A stretch of 57,993 nucleotides of DNA from an uncultured Gammaproteobacteria bacterium. Lineage in GTDB: Bacteria; Patescibacteriota; Microgenomatia; Levybacterales; GWA1-39-11. Position 1 is the first letter of the stretch; each line of letters begins with the position of its first letter. A program made the translations under genes and the position numbers. The notes beneath the pieces are model-generated. The model was given only the letters and a program-made list of their open reading frames with translations, was not told where the DNA came from and did no database searches. The DNA is taken from positions 1 through 57,993 of the forward strand of contig CAYVKP010000005.1 in the NCBI GenBank assembly GCA_964452165.1, written 5' to 3'. Positions 25,158 through 34,915 of the stretch are shown here, piece after piece.

Positions 25158-26189
25158 ATGACAGCAATTCGTCATGAAGCTCCATCGGCCGGAATTCAAC
25201 CTCCCGAACCCTTAGTAAAACTCGGTGTTCCTTTAAAAAGATCTGAAGAACTTCAACAAATAAGGCTGGCAATGGTATCTTTAAACAAAGGCGAAGTTCT
25301 GGAGCTGGAATGCCAAGGTGCGGATGATTTCAGTCGTTCTGCCGCTAATGTAATACAAATACAGAAAGAGCTTTCAGCTAGGTGGGTAACCTGGGAGGTT
25401 GGTGAAAGTATATTTACAAAACCCCACCTTAGAAACAGGAAAGCAAAAACAGCAACAACCAATCAAACCGGAATTAACTTGATAAATGAAGACTCCCCTC
25501 TAGATACTGTAGCTGAGCCGAAAGTCGAAACAAATGGCAATCATCCCCCCGGCGATGCTTCATATACAAACGGGACGCCACTAAAAAACGAACACGTTAT
25601 TTTAGAACCCGCTGTAGAAACGCCGGTTGTCTTAACTCCTGAGCAAGAAAAACAAGAAGTGCTAATTCAAGAATTTACGGCAGAAAAACCTCTCTCTGTC
25701 CCTGAGATCGATGCACTTTTTGCAACAGCACTTCAGGCAGGACTGGTTCTAAATGAAGAAGTTGCCCAGAAACTCTTAGCCAATAACCCGCGGTCTTTCC
25801 TAGATATATTAATAGCTAGTGAGCTTAGAGCTGTAGTAAGGAACTTAGGAAAAGATGTATCGCTGGAAAGGGATGGGATTCACTGGGTGGAGAAGTCCGT
25901 TGAGGAAGATGAAGACGGAGAAAAACCCGGGAGGCACGAAAAAACAGGAGGAGAAGCCGGTCCAGATGAAGATTTAGATTCGAAAGTCACAAGAGCAATG
26001 CACCCAGAATTCGGGGACCTGAATGATCCTAAAAACAGAGAAAGGCTTGAACGAGAATGGAATCCCAGCAAAAAACCCCGTCCCGCATTTAATCCGAGGT
26101 ACGTAGCCGGCCAGCAGAAACCTCCCGTTCGGCAGAAACCTGTACGCACACAGGGTCGTGCACGACACGGCAGGACTCGCCTCAGCTAA
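25158..26189 (+). CDS. Hypothetical protein with a basic, disordered C-terminus (343 aa)
   Basis: Long ORF. No domain recognised. Confidence 0.65.
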   Translation: MTAIRHEAPSAGIQPPEPLVKLGVPLKRSEELQQIRLAMVSLNKGEVLELECQGADDFSRSAANVIQIQKELSARWVTWEVGESIFTKPHLRNRKAKTATTNQTGINLINEDSPLDTVAEPKVETNGNHPPGDASYTNGTPLKNEHVILEPAVETPVVLTPEQEKQEVLIQEFTAEKPLSVPEIDALFATALQAGLVLNEEVAQKLLANNPRSFLDILIASELRAVVRNLGKDVSLERDGIHWVEKSVEEDEDGEKPGRHEKTGGEAGPDEDLDSKVTRAMHPEFGDLNDPKNRERLEREWNPSKKPRPAFNPRYVAGQQKPPVRQKPVRTQGRARHGRTRLS

Positions 26190-26235
26190 TCAATGGACTC
26201 TTTATAAAACAAGCCTGATGATATATTATTGAATC

Positions 26236-26847
26236 ATGGAAATTTTGCTTCCAATTGTAATCCTGGTATTCTCGGCTATCTTGCATGAGATTATGCACGG
26301 GGTTGTTGCAGAAAAACTAGGCGACTCCACTGCAAGAATTATGGGCCGTCTAACGCTCAATCCTATCCCTCATCTTGATCCTATCGGAAGTATTCTATTG
26401 CCGCTTTTGGCAATTTTTGGAAATACCGGGATCTTTTTTGCCTGGGCAAAACCGGTTCCAATCAATCCACTTCACTTTAAGGATCCCAAAAAAGATATGG
26501 CATTGACCGCACTGGCAGGACCGCTAACCAATCTTTTGATTGCCATTGTTGCGGCGCAACTTTTGCGGTTTGCAAAAGCCGACGACATAATTCAAGCAAT
26601 TTTATTTGTAACGGTAAGACTGAATTTAGCGCTTGCTGTAATTAACTTAATTCCTATTCCCCCGCTTGACGGAAGCAAGGTTTTGGCGTCAATTCTACCA
26701 AATGACTTGGCCCGTTCTTACTTATCAATTGAAAGATTCGGTATATTTATTTTACTCGCTCTACTGCTCTTTCCAATTGGTGGATTTTCTCTTTCAGAAC
26801 TGATTAATAATCTTACGATTTTCTCCTTAAAATTTTTAGGGGTTTAA
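26236..26847 (+). CDS. Site-2 protease family (M50) membrane metalloprotease
   Basis: HEIMHG zinc motif in the first TM segment. The second motif is NLIPIPPLDGSKV. Confidence 0.85.
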   Translation: MEILLPIVILVFSAILHEIMHGVVAEKLGDSTARIMGRLTLNPIPHLDPIGSILLPLLAIFGNTGIFFAWAKPVPINPLHFKDPKKDMALTALAGPLTNLLIAIVAAQLLRFAKADDIIQAILFVTVRLNLALAVINLIPIPPLDGSKVLASILPNDLARSYLSIERFGIFILLALLLFPIGGFSLSELINNLTIFSLKFLGV

Positions 26848-27453
26848 CTACTTATTGTAGTTACTCATGTAGCGATCTATTCCGTGTTCTAAAATTAATT
26901 CGATACTTCGAATTGCCTCGCGAATCATAGTTTTGACTTTACCGCGATCGGCCGAAGAGATATTTCCAAGTACGTACTCGTCAACATTCTGGTAATTCTT
27001 GCTCTTAATCTCTTTACCCTCCACTCTTCTAGGATTACCTATACCTAGTCTTACACGCAGGAACTTATCGTTGTTTAAAGTATTTATTATTGACTCAACG
27101 CCGTGATGACCTCCGCCGCTTCCCCCAAAGCGCACCCTAATTTTGCCGAATGGTAAATCAAGATCATCGTGTACAACCACCAAATCAACGGGATCAATTT
27201 TATAGAAGTTTAGGATTTTGGTGACTGCAAATCCCGAATTGTTCATAAAAGTTGTGGGTTTTGCAAGCATAACGTCTCCGAATTTTGACTTTATTTTCTT
27301 AAGATCTGCTTTAAGGTCTTTATTCTCTTCCCAGAAGGTCTTCTCAAGTGGCTCAAGTTTTTCAATAAGCACATCAAGCGCCATAAATCCAACGTTGTGG
27401 CGTGTTTTAGTATATTTATCACCGGGATTTCCGAGTCCTACAATCAATTTCAT
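26848..27453 (-). CDS. pth: Peptidyl-tRNA hydrolase
   Basis: MKLIVGLGNPGDKYTKTRHNVGF plus the HDDLD and GG.GGHHG blocks. Confidence 0.95.
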   Translation of the reverse strand: MKLIVGLGNPGDKYTKTRHNVGFMALDVLIEKLEPLEKTFWEENKDLKADLKKIKSKFGDVMLAKPTTFMNNSGFAVTKILNFYKIDPVDLVVVHDDLDLPFGKIRVRFGGSGGGHHGVESIINTLNNDKFLRVRLGIGNPRRVEGKEIKSKNYQNVDEYVLGNISSADRGKVKTMIREAIRSIELILEHGIDRYMSNYNK

Positions 27454-27458
27454 TTTAA
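27422..27458. repeat. 37-bp perfect direct repeat, copy 1 (covers pth codons 1-11 and the TAAA junction)
   Basis: CCGGGATTTCCGAGTCCTACAATCAATTTCATTTTAA is identical to 27540-27576. Confidence 0.95.
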
Positions 27459-27478
27459 TACCTCTTTTTCTTCAAAGT

Positions 27479-27541
27479 ACCACCGCTGTCTTCGCTTCGC
27501 TCGCAGCCGGTCTCCCTTCGCTTTTGCGATCGGTCCGACCC
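27479..27541 (-). repeat. GC-rich element of about 60 nt, copy 2 (inverted relative to 19770-19828)
   Basis: The reverse complement reads GGGTCGGACCGA..GGGAGACCGGCTGCGA..ACAGCGGTGGT. It lies between the two 37-bp repeats. Confidence 0.65.
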
Positions 27542-27576
27542 GGGATTTCCGAGTCCTACAATCAATTTCATTTTAA
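27540..27576. repeat. 37-bp perfect direct repeat, copy 2 (a duplicated pth 5' end abutting the gpmA stop)
   Basis: Identical to 27422-27458. Confidence 0.95.
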
Positions 27577-28202
27577 ACTTTCCCTTTCTGCGAGTTTTCA
27601 GACCTAATTTGCTTTGAAACAATTTTACCATTACTGTCTATTTCGTAGACATACGCTTCTCCGGTCCCAATCTCAAGCTCTGAAATCTTATCATCTGGAA
27701 TATTATCTAGATATTTTACGAGTGCCCTAAGAGAATTGCTGTGAGCGGCTATCAAAATATTTTTTCCTTCCCTAATCTTGGGTTCGATTTCAGATTTATA
27801 GTAAGGGACAGCACGGTCATACACCATTTTGAGGCTCTCTCCATTTGGGAGCGGGTAATCCCAGCTTCTTCTAATTTTTTGAAACTGCTCTTCCCCCACT
27901 TCTTTCTCAACCTGCCACTTATTTTTTTCGGTATAGTCACCATAATTCTTTTCATTTAATGCAGCATCGCGAACAATGGGTGGTGCCTGATTTATCACTT
28001 TAAGGATTTCATCAAGTGTTTGTTGGGCACGAATCAACGCTGAGGTATAGGCATAATCAAATTTAATATCCGCGAGTTCCTCTCCTGTTTTTCTTGCCTC
28101 CTCAAATCCTGAAACTGCCAGTGGGATGTCTGTCCAGCCCGTCCAAAGACCCTTTTCATTCCATTCGGATTTTCCGTGACGAACAAGCACAAGGTATGCC
28201 AT
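27573..28202 (-). CDS. gpmA: 2,3-bisphosphoglycerate-dependent phosphoglycerate mutase
   Basis: The LVRHGKSEWN catalytic His motif plus the histidine-phosphatase layout. Confidence 0.9.
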   Translation of the reverse strand: MAYLVLVRHGKSEWNEKGLWTGWTDIPLAVSGFEEARKTGEELADIKFDYAYTSALIRAQQTLDEILKVINQAPPIVRDAALNEKNYGDYTEKNKWQVEKEVGEEQFQKIRRSWDYPLPNGESLKMVYDRAVPYYKSEIEPKIREGKNILIAAHSNSLRALVKYLDNIPDDKISELEIGTGEAYVYEIDSNGKIVSKQIRSENSQKGKV

Positions 28203-28257
28203 ATCTTGCTATCGAGTATAAAGTATTAAACAAGCGGTATCAAGCGATTGGAAAAGC

Positions 28258-30339
28258 TTACGGCGCAACCTCACGCCATCGTGTGAGTGGAACTTTGTAA
28301 AAGTCAGTCAGTTGCGCTATGAAGTCCGGGCGATATGAAACAGCCAAAGATGGATATGAGTCGTCATTTACGCAAAGTGATCTTTGATTGTCCACTTTAC
28401 CGCCGGATCCGTTGATTGCCAAAGGCTTTAAGGAGTTGGCAACCAAATTGCCGCCGATATTCAACCTAAAATCAGAGGTAACTCCGTCAACGCATTTATT
28501 CCCTTGAACTACTATGTTTCTTTCTGCGGTAAGCATGGCTTGAATGTCGTCGGTTGTTGAGGCTGCACTGTTCTCTCCTACCGCCGGATCAACTAGAATA
28601 TCCCGTTTTGCGGCCAAAATCAAAAGATTACCGGCACCGGTTGGTACGGTATTGATCTTACTTTTGATGGTCAAGTCTCCGTTGGCAAGTATAGTAACGT
28701 GGGTTCCGGCTCTGTGAGTGTAGGAAGTTATATTTAAGCTTCCATTTGCTTTGTAGATTCCAGTTTGTAAGTTGGAGATTGCGCAGTCTCCACCCGCAGC
28801 ACAATTGGGAAGATCCTGTATGGTAAGACTCTTTACTCTTGCGCGGGACAAGAAGAAGGAATAGGAAAAGACTCCGTTGGTTGATTTTGCATCGTCATAG
28901 GAATACTCATCGTTAACAACCCAACCCTGAGTTGAACATGCACCGCTTCCAAAGCTTGCGGGGAAGCTTGATGAGAAACAGACTCCGGGATTTGATCCGT
29001 CTGCACACAGATTTTGACCAGCGGGCATTGAATCTATCAGGCTTGGAGTTCTGATATCTCCGCATACTGGGAGTTGCAGCCAGGCAATTTTGTCGCTTAT
29101 ACAATAGTCTAAAGTGTGGTCTGCTGAGAAATTAAAAGGACCGTACGTAAATCCTGACATATTACTGGTAGTCCAGCCGGCGCTGTCAGGGTTAACACGT
29201 CTCAAATGATAAGCACCGATTCCTGAGATAACGGCCGTTTTTGATCCGCAAGTGGTTTGATCCCGAACGGCATAGACACCTGACCCGTTGGAATTGGCAG
29301 TCGCAGTCTGCGCTCCTCCGCTGTAAACAGATACTGTTGCACCACCTGTGTATGGTGTCGCGCCGCTTGCACAATTATTTCCCCCCGTATCAAGATATAC
29401 TGTCCCGGACAAAGTATTTAGAGGTGTCACCGTAAGATCTGTGGTATAGCTGTTGGATCCGCCCGAATTTGAGACTGTTACGCCTTGACGGACCGTTGTT
29501 GTAGAACAAATATTGGCAGGAGCAGTATAAGTAGTTGATGCTGCTGCGCCGTCTGAATTGGACCCGGCGGAGGACCCGGCAGGAACGGTCTGAGGTGCCG
29601 GCCAAGTGTAAGCCGGAGCAGGACTACACCCTGAAACTGTGACAGTTGAAGCTGCACCTGACACAACCGTTGAGGGATTTGCCGACATTGACGTACAGGT
29701 TGGAGGAATATAGTTAATGCCAAAATTTGCTATTCCTCCTCCTCCACCTATTGGAATCGTTAGGATAATTGGATTATTGACCGTCGTTAGGACATGGTCG
29801 GACGGGACAGATAATGTAACTGAGTATGTACCTGCGAGTAGATTTGCAAAGTTATAAGACCCATCAAATCCTGAGGCTCTTTGTGCGCCTCCTGAAAGAG
29901 TTAATACTGCTCCGGGATAGCCGGTTTCTCCAGGGTCTTGAGCTCCGTTGCTGTTAGCATCATAGAAAACAACTCCGCTAATAGGATATCTATTTGGCGC
30001 CTGAGTAGGAGTGGGGGTAAATGTTGGAGTTGGGCCACCTATTGTTGGCGTGGGAGTTGGAGCATCACCACATACTCCCGAGCAGTAGGCAGAACAACAC
30101 TGACCGGACGAGCTACACGATGTTCCGTTTGTAAAACAGCCAACAAAAGGCGTGGGGGTGGGGGTTGCACAGATCCCGCAATCCTCAGCACAGGAATTAC
30201 AATCCTCACCAATTGAGGAGCTACAGTAAAAATCTCCACAATAGGGATACTGCGCAAGAGCTCTTGAGGGGCTTATTAAAAATAAGAAAAACGCTACCAA
30301 GAGTGGCAATAAAAGGAATAATTTGGGAGAATTTCTCAC
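28258..30339 (-). CDS. Large secreted protein with a Cys-rich N-terminus, Pro/Thr linkers and an SdrD-B/Cna-B-like domain
   Basis: GTG start. Signal peptide LFLLLPLLVAFFLFLISPSRALA. ISGVVFYDANSNGAQDPGETGYPG...GSYNFANLLAGTYSV resembles the SdrD B-type fold. Confidence 0.75.
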   Translation of the reverse strand: MRNSPKLFLLLPLLVAFFLFLISPSRALAQYPYCGDFYCSSSIGEDCNSCAEDCGICATPTPTPFVGCFTNGTSCSSSGQCCSAYCSGVCGDAPTPTPTIGGPTPTFTPTPTQAPNRYPISGVVFYDANSNGAQDPGETGYPGAVLTLSGGAQRASGFDGSYNFANLLAGTYSVTLSVPSDHVLTTVNNPIILTIPIGGGGGIANFGINYIPPTCTSMSANPSTVVSGAASTVTVSGCSPAPAYTWPAPQTVPAGSSAGSNSDGAAASTTYTAPANICSTTTVRQGVTVSNSGGSNSYTTDLTVTPLNTLSGTVYLDTGGNNCASGATPYTGGATVSVYSGGAQTATANSNGSGVYAVRDQTTCGSKTAVISGIGAYHLRRVNPDSAGWTTSNMSGFTYGPFNFSADHTLDYCISDKIAWLQLPVCGDIRTPSLIDSMPAGQNLCADGSNPGVCFSSSFPASFGSGACSTQGWVVNDEYSYDDAKSTNGVFSYSFFLSRARVKSLTIQDLPNCAAGGDCAISNLQTGIYKANGSLNITSYTHRAGTHVTILANGDLTIKSKINTVPTGAGNLLILAAKRDILVDPAVGENSAASTTDDIQAMLTAERNIVVQGNKCVDGVTSDFRLNIGGNLVANSLKPLAINGSGGKVDNQRSLCVNDDSYPSLAVSYRPDFIAQLTDFYKVPLTRWREVAP

Positions 30340-30348
30340 CTTGGTTTA

Positions 30349-30378
30349 ATCTTAGCAATGGTTAAAAGAGTAAGTCAA
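30349..30378 (-). promoter_or_regulatory. Promoter TTGACT-N18-TAAGAT, 9 nt upstream of the GTG at 30339
   Basis: Read on the minus strand. The -35 box is embedded in GGGGTTGAC, a sequence also found upstream of 31710..32453. Confidence 0.4.
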
Positions 30379-30531
30379 CCCCGTTTAGAAGTGTCGAACT
30401 CAAAAAAAGAATTTTCGTTGCGAATTTTAAACTAAATATGTCACTGTAAGTAAAAATTATTTTTTCAAACTTCTAACGGGGTCAAGGAGCAAGGACTTGT
30501 GGTAAGGAGAGATTATCTCTAAACTTATTTC

Positions 30532-31713
30532 ATGGCAATGTTCTTACTACTTCTGTTGATATTGGCGGTGGCTACTGAAGGATTGGGAATAGATACTTAC
30601 AGGTTGGTACCCTACATATTAATCGCTACTACTGCAGTTTTGGCGTTAATTGTTAGCTTGCCAAATCTAAAAATCAAAATCTCAAGGCTCTCTTTCCTAA
30701 TAAGTATGTTTTTTCTGGTTTCGATTGCAACTGTGCTAGTCTCAAAAATAGTCCGTATCTCAATTTTGTATCTACTACTCTACTTCTCGATTGCTGCCAT
30801 CTCTTTTTTTATTTATTCAAACAAACAAGTATTTTCCAAACTATTGGTGAATGTTGTATTGGCGCTCGGAGTTTTTTTTTCAATCTACTCTACTTTTCTT
30901 GCTAGTTTTGCCTCAAAAATGCGCCTTCTGATACCAAAAACCGGCTATCAGTTCGTCTCATCAAGGTATGGATCACATAACCATCTTGGCGATTTTCTGG
31001 TTTTACCGCTAATCGCTTGCTTTTACTTCCTGCTAAACAAAAAGTATTCGGGGAAATCTAATTTTGTGTACTTGATGCTTACCCTCTTTTTTGTCCCTTT
31101 TTTCTTATTTTCGTATTCAAGAAGCGCTTATGCTGCTCTAATTTTAGCTTCAGTATTGATGGTATTTGATTTTGCCAAAAACAAAACTCTCAAAATATCA
31201 AAAATTGCCATCATAGCATTGATTTTAATGATCAGTATAGCCGGACTTTTTCTTTTCTCGATTGGAAAAACACCCGACAAGTCTTTCCTGAGTCAAATAA
31301 ATCGGCAGCTTACCAAGAGAAATGAGCTCTCATACAAAAGCGTCTGGGGAGAAAGAAACGAATATTTGAGCCAGGCAATTTATTCTATCAGAGACTATCC
31401 AGTCTTGGGTGTTGGCCCAGGTAATTTTGGCTATTCCTCAAGAAAATACATGGAGAAGAAGAGAGAGTTGACAGAAAGCGCGCACAATATATTTTTTGAT
31501 ACTTTCGTTGAAAACGGCATACCGGCGACGATTCTTTTTATATTAATAATTGCCGAACTTCTTATTAAAAGCCGAAAGAATGTTTATTTATATATGGCAA
31601 TTGGTGCTCTTATCAATTTCCAGACTGATTACACTTACCGAATCTACACTTTTGTCCTACTTTTCTTTGTGTTGTTGGCGCTGAGCTACGAAGATCGATC
31701 TGAAAATACTTAA
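30532..31713 (+). CDS. O-antigen ligase/polymerase-like membrane protein (Wzy_C-like)
   Basis: About 10 TM helices. The YSRSAYAALILASVLM block is typical of the family. Confidence 0.5.
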   Translation: MAMFLLLLLILAVATEGLGIDTYRLVPYILIATTAVLALIVSLPNLKIKISRLSFLISMFFLVSIATVLVSKIVRISILYLLLYFSIAAISFFIYSNKQVFSKLLVNVVLALGVFFSIYSTFLASFASKMRLLIPKTGYQFVSSRYGSHNHLGDFLVLPLIACFYFLLNKKYSGKSNFVYLMLTLFFVPFFLFSYSRSAYAALILASVLMVFDFAKNKTLKISKIAIIALILMISIAGLFLFSIGKTPDKSFLSQINRQLTKRNELSYKSVWGERNEYLSQAIYSIRDYPVLGVGPGNFGYSSRKYMEKKRELTESAHNIFFDTFVENGIPATILFILIIAELLIKSRKNVYLYMAIGALINFQTDYTYRIYTFVLLFFVLLALSYEDRSENT

Positions 31714-32453
31714 TACTGGTAGTAAAGGCCGTAGATATCAAGCTCAGAGTGAGGTGCTATCTGAACGCTTGAATTCATCACTTTCCCCGAATCATAGAGG
31801 GAATCAGCAAGTACAATTGTCTTGTTCCTTTTTCCCGCAACGAGAAGAGTTACAGATTTACCCGAAGGATTTACAATCAGTCCAACTTTTGCAAAATTGG
31901 GTCCTTTTGCATTTTCCTTCTTTAACGTAAAGAACTGAGATTTATTTTTAGACCTCGCTTCAAGAATCCAAACTTTATTTTTGGGATAGTAAAAAACTCT
32001 CAGATGTCTGTACTTTGAATCCTGATATTTAAAACTGTTTCTAAATACAAGACTACTACCCTGCGTGGCAGAACTTCCCTGCACATTGGTAAGCTCCATA
32101 TCTATCCTAATATTGTCTTTTATCTTGACTGAACTACTTGCGATTGGGGCGAATAAAAAATTATCAGTCCCATTGACAAGTTTTTTTGGCTCAATCGGCC
32201 TGACAAGGACTCTTGTGACTACGTTTGAAAGTGCATTATTGCCGCGCTTACCTACACCGGAATTTGGAGAAAGAAACAGAGAGGAAGATTTTGTTTGAGT
32301 CGGAAGAAAAGAGAGAAATTTAAAGTTAGAAGACAAAGGAAGAATACCAAAATAGTTGAGTGTGGACAAAATCAGGATAATAAGGACACCCGCTACCCCA
32401 ACCTCTACCAGTGTCGATCCTAAAGATGAAGCCTTCTTTGAATTATTATCCAT
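31710..32453 (-). CDS. Hypothetical membrane-anchored protein
   Basis: The start is moved from the TTG at 32477 to the ATG at 32453 (MDNNSKK). A TTGACA box lies at 32484-32489 on the minus strand. One TM segment. Confidence 0.6.
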   Translation of the reverse strand: MDNNSKKASSLGSTLVEVGVAGVLIILILSTLNYFGILPLSSNFKFLSFLPTQTKSSSLFLSPNSGVGKRGNNALSNVVTRVLVRPIEPKKLVNGTDNFLFAPIASSSVKIKDNIRIDMELTNVQGSSATQGSSLVFRNSFKYQDSKYRHLRVFYYPKNKVWILEARSKNKSQFFTLKKENAKGPNFAKVGLIVNPSGKSVTLLVAGKRNKTIVLADSLYDSGKVMNSSVQIAPHSELDIYGLYYQY

Positions 32454-32526
32454 AAATTTATGGTAGGTAAAAAGCAAACGATTGTCAACCCCGCGCTTAA
32501 AATAAAGTCCTTTGTTGAATAAACAA

Positions 32527-32555
32527 TTGACAATTTGAAGCCACGGAAGTAAGAT
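32527..32555 (+). promoter_or_regulatory. Promoter TTGACA-N17-TAAGAT, 8 nt upstream of the ATG at 32564
   Basis: Consensus -35 box with exact 17-nt spacing. Confidence 0.5.
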
Positions 32556-32563
32556 AAATCGCT

Positions 32564-33361
32564 ATGGCAGGCAAAAGTTCCCCTATTGGTTTTATTAAAA
32601 AACTCAAACTCTTAGACTATCTAATCATTATCCTGGTTCTGCTTGCCGCTGTAATTTTTTACAAATTTGTCCACCACAAACAAAAATGGATTAATGTTAC
32701 TGCTCTTGCCTACTCTAACGTCTTCCTGGCAAATTCTATGCAACCTCAAGACTACGAGGTTGATTCGTCAGGAAAAAAAATTGCACTCGTTAGAAGTTTT
32801 GAAACCGTTGATACGCCAGCTTTAAATGGGAATCAATTCGTCAACAAGCTCTTAATAATGAATATAAGTATGCTCGTTGACACCAATTCACGCTCCACCG
32901 TTCTTCAATATAAAAATCAGCCCCTGGCAGTAGGATCGCAGATTGATTTAAATTTTAACTCGGCAAAAATTCAAGCTTACATATCCGAAATTGAAGGAAG
33001 CATTCCCAAGAAAATGGAGGAACGGATTCTAACCGTTATCATTTACAATCAGTGGCCTTGGTTTGCAGATTCAATTAACATAGGAGACTCACAAACAGAT
33101 ACATCAGGTAAAAAAATAATTGAGGTTATCTCAAAAGAAGTACGTCCCACTCAAGTAGTAAATGTTGTTTCTCCGGGAGAGGTTGTGGACTATACGGGCT
33201 CCACAAAAGTAGATATAACACTCAAATTGAAAACACAAGTAGAAAAAATTAATGATAAATACATATTTCGGGGATACAATAACATTTTCGTTGGCAAGGC
33301 AATCCCCTTCACATTAGGAAACGTTCAGATAAATAGTGCTGCTATAACAAATATTGAATAG
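32564..33361 (+). CDS. Hypothetical N-terminally anchored protein (265 aa)
   Basis: Long low-GC ORF. TM segment LLDYLIIILVLLAAVIFY. Confidence 0.7.
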   Translation: MAGKSSPIGFIKKLKLLDYLIIILVLLAAVIFYKFVHHKQKWINVTALAYSNVFLANSMQPQDYEVDSSGKKIALVRSFETVDTPALNGNQFVNKLLIMNISMLVDTNSRSTVLQYKNQPLAVGSQIDLNFNSAKIQAYISEIEGSIPKKMEERILTVIIYNQWPWFADSINIGDSQTDTSGKKIIEVISKEVRPTQVVNVVSPGEVVDYTGSTKVDITLKLKTQVEKINDKYIFRGYNNIFVGKAIPFTLGNVQINSAAITNIE

Positions 33362-33364
33362 GAG

Positions 33365-34915
33365 ATGCCCCAAAGCATAATTCTCACTTATACCTCAGGA
33401 CTTCTCAAGGAAAGCGAGCTACTCAAGTGGGCCTACAAACAGGTAGATCCGGACGAAGAGTTTAAATACCAAAGCGTTATTACCGCGAGCCTTCAGGAGC
33501 CCGTTTTGGCCTTAAATAAAATTGTGAGTTGGGTTGCTAATCAAAGTTATGTTTCAAGAATCACGAGCAGAATAGATCTTAAGTCTGTCATTCTCTTTAT
33601 ATTCATCGTGTCCCAGGTTATCTTTCCGGGGTATGGAACCGAAGACACGGGGATTGCCCTACTTCCTGGGAGCCCAACTGGCAGTATTGCTCATGGAACA
33701 GGATTTGCTTTAAACCTCATGGTTTTTGCTTTATCTTTTGGGGCAGTTTTATTAGTCTTTATAAAAGATTTAGCAAAAAATCCTAGAGCATTCAGGTTGT
33801 CTAAGTTTGAAATTATTTTGGTATTTTTCCTGATGAGCCTTGTTGTATCGTCAATTTTTAGCACATATACAGGTATTTCTTTTGTTTGGCTTATAAAGGT
33901 TTTGCGAGGAGTCTCAGTGTATTTTATTTTTTCAAGGCTAATTTTGAAGAAAGGCAATTTTATCAGTGTTTGTTTCGCTTTCTTGGTTTCAATATATATA
34001 GAAGGAGCTCTTGCTATAATTCAATATCTCCACGGGGGGTTTATAGGTTTACCAATTGAAAGCGCAAACAACACTACAACTGTCACTCAACTTTATACCG
34101 TACTGAATAATACACCCATTTTCAGACCCACAGGTACTCTTTCTCAAGAAAATGTTTTGTCTTTCTTTATTGCATTTTCAATTCCATTCGTGCTTGTTTT
34201 ATTCCTAAGCAAAAAATCTATCACAAAAATTTTCGCAGGGGCTGGTTTGATTTTGGGAATCCTCACCACTCTTTTGACATTATCACGGTGGGGTTTTATA
34301 ACAATAATATTCTCCTCTGTAACTTTTATTTTTCTAAACTACGTTGTAAAACCTAAAAAATTAGACACAAGACCCCTGCTGTGGGTTGCAGGAACTATTA
34401 CAATCCTACTCTTTGTTGTATTCGCTTACAAAGCTGATTTTTCTACTCGTTTCTTGGCCTTATCCGGAAATGATGGAAGCCTGACAAGCAGAATGCAGCT
34501 TATTATTCAATCCATTTATGTTGTTGCTTACAAACCTCTCTTGGGCACAGGAGGAGGGACTTTTTCACAGTATTTAGTGGCTAATGACTACACCCCATTA
34601 AACATCGCCGGAACATTTCCTGCACCGGTTCATAACATTTTTTTACTTTTGCTTTCCGAGTCAGGAAGTATAGCGTCCTTATTTTTCGCATCACTTATTC
34701 TCTACTTAATCTTGACATTTATTAGAAACTCCCTTGTCAAAAAAACAAATATAAGTCCGTTCATAGTAGCGCTCTTTGTATCATTTCTAACCTATATATT
34801 TAGTGGACTTTGGACCATCAAGGGACTGGACGAACACCTAATTATCGTTTTCTGGATAGTTATTGGTCAATATTTTAACGAAAACAAAAAATTAGCTACA
34901 GATTTAACTATTTGA
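33365..34915 (+). CDS. O-antigen ligase/polymerase-like membrane protein (516 aa)
   Basis: Polytopic protein. The LTLSRWGFITIIFSSV block is Wzy_C-like. Confidence 0.5.
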   Translation: MPQSIILTYTSGLLKESELLKWAYKQVDPDEEFKYQSVITASLQEPVLALNKIVSWVANQSYVSRITSRIDLKSVILFIFIVSQVIFPGYGTEDTGIALLPGSPTGSIAHGTGFALNLMVFALSFGAVLLVFIKDLAKNPRAFRLSKFEIILVFFLMSLVVSSIFSTYTGISFVWLIKVLRGVSVYFIFSRLILKKGNFISVCFAFLVSIYIEGALAIIQYLHGGFIGLPIESANNTTTVTQLYTVLNNTPIFRPTGTLSQENVLSFFIAFSIPFVLVLFLSKKSITKIFAGAGLILGILTTLLTLSRWGFITIIFSSVTFIFLNYVVKPKKLDTRPLLWVAGTITILLFVVFAYKADFSTRFLALSGNDGSLTSRMQLIIQSIYVVAYKPLLGTGGGTFSQYLVANDYTPLNIAGTFPAPVHNIFLLLLSESGSIASLFFASLILYLILTFIRNSLVKKTNISPFIVALFVSFLTYIFSGLWTIKGLDEHLIIVFWIVIGQYFNENKKLATDLTI

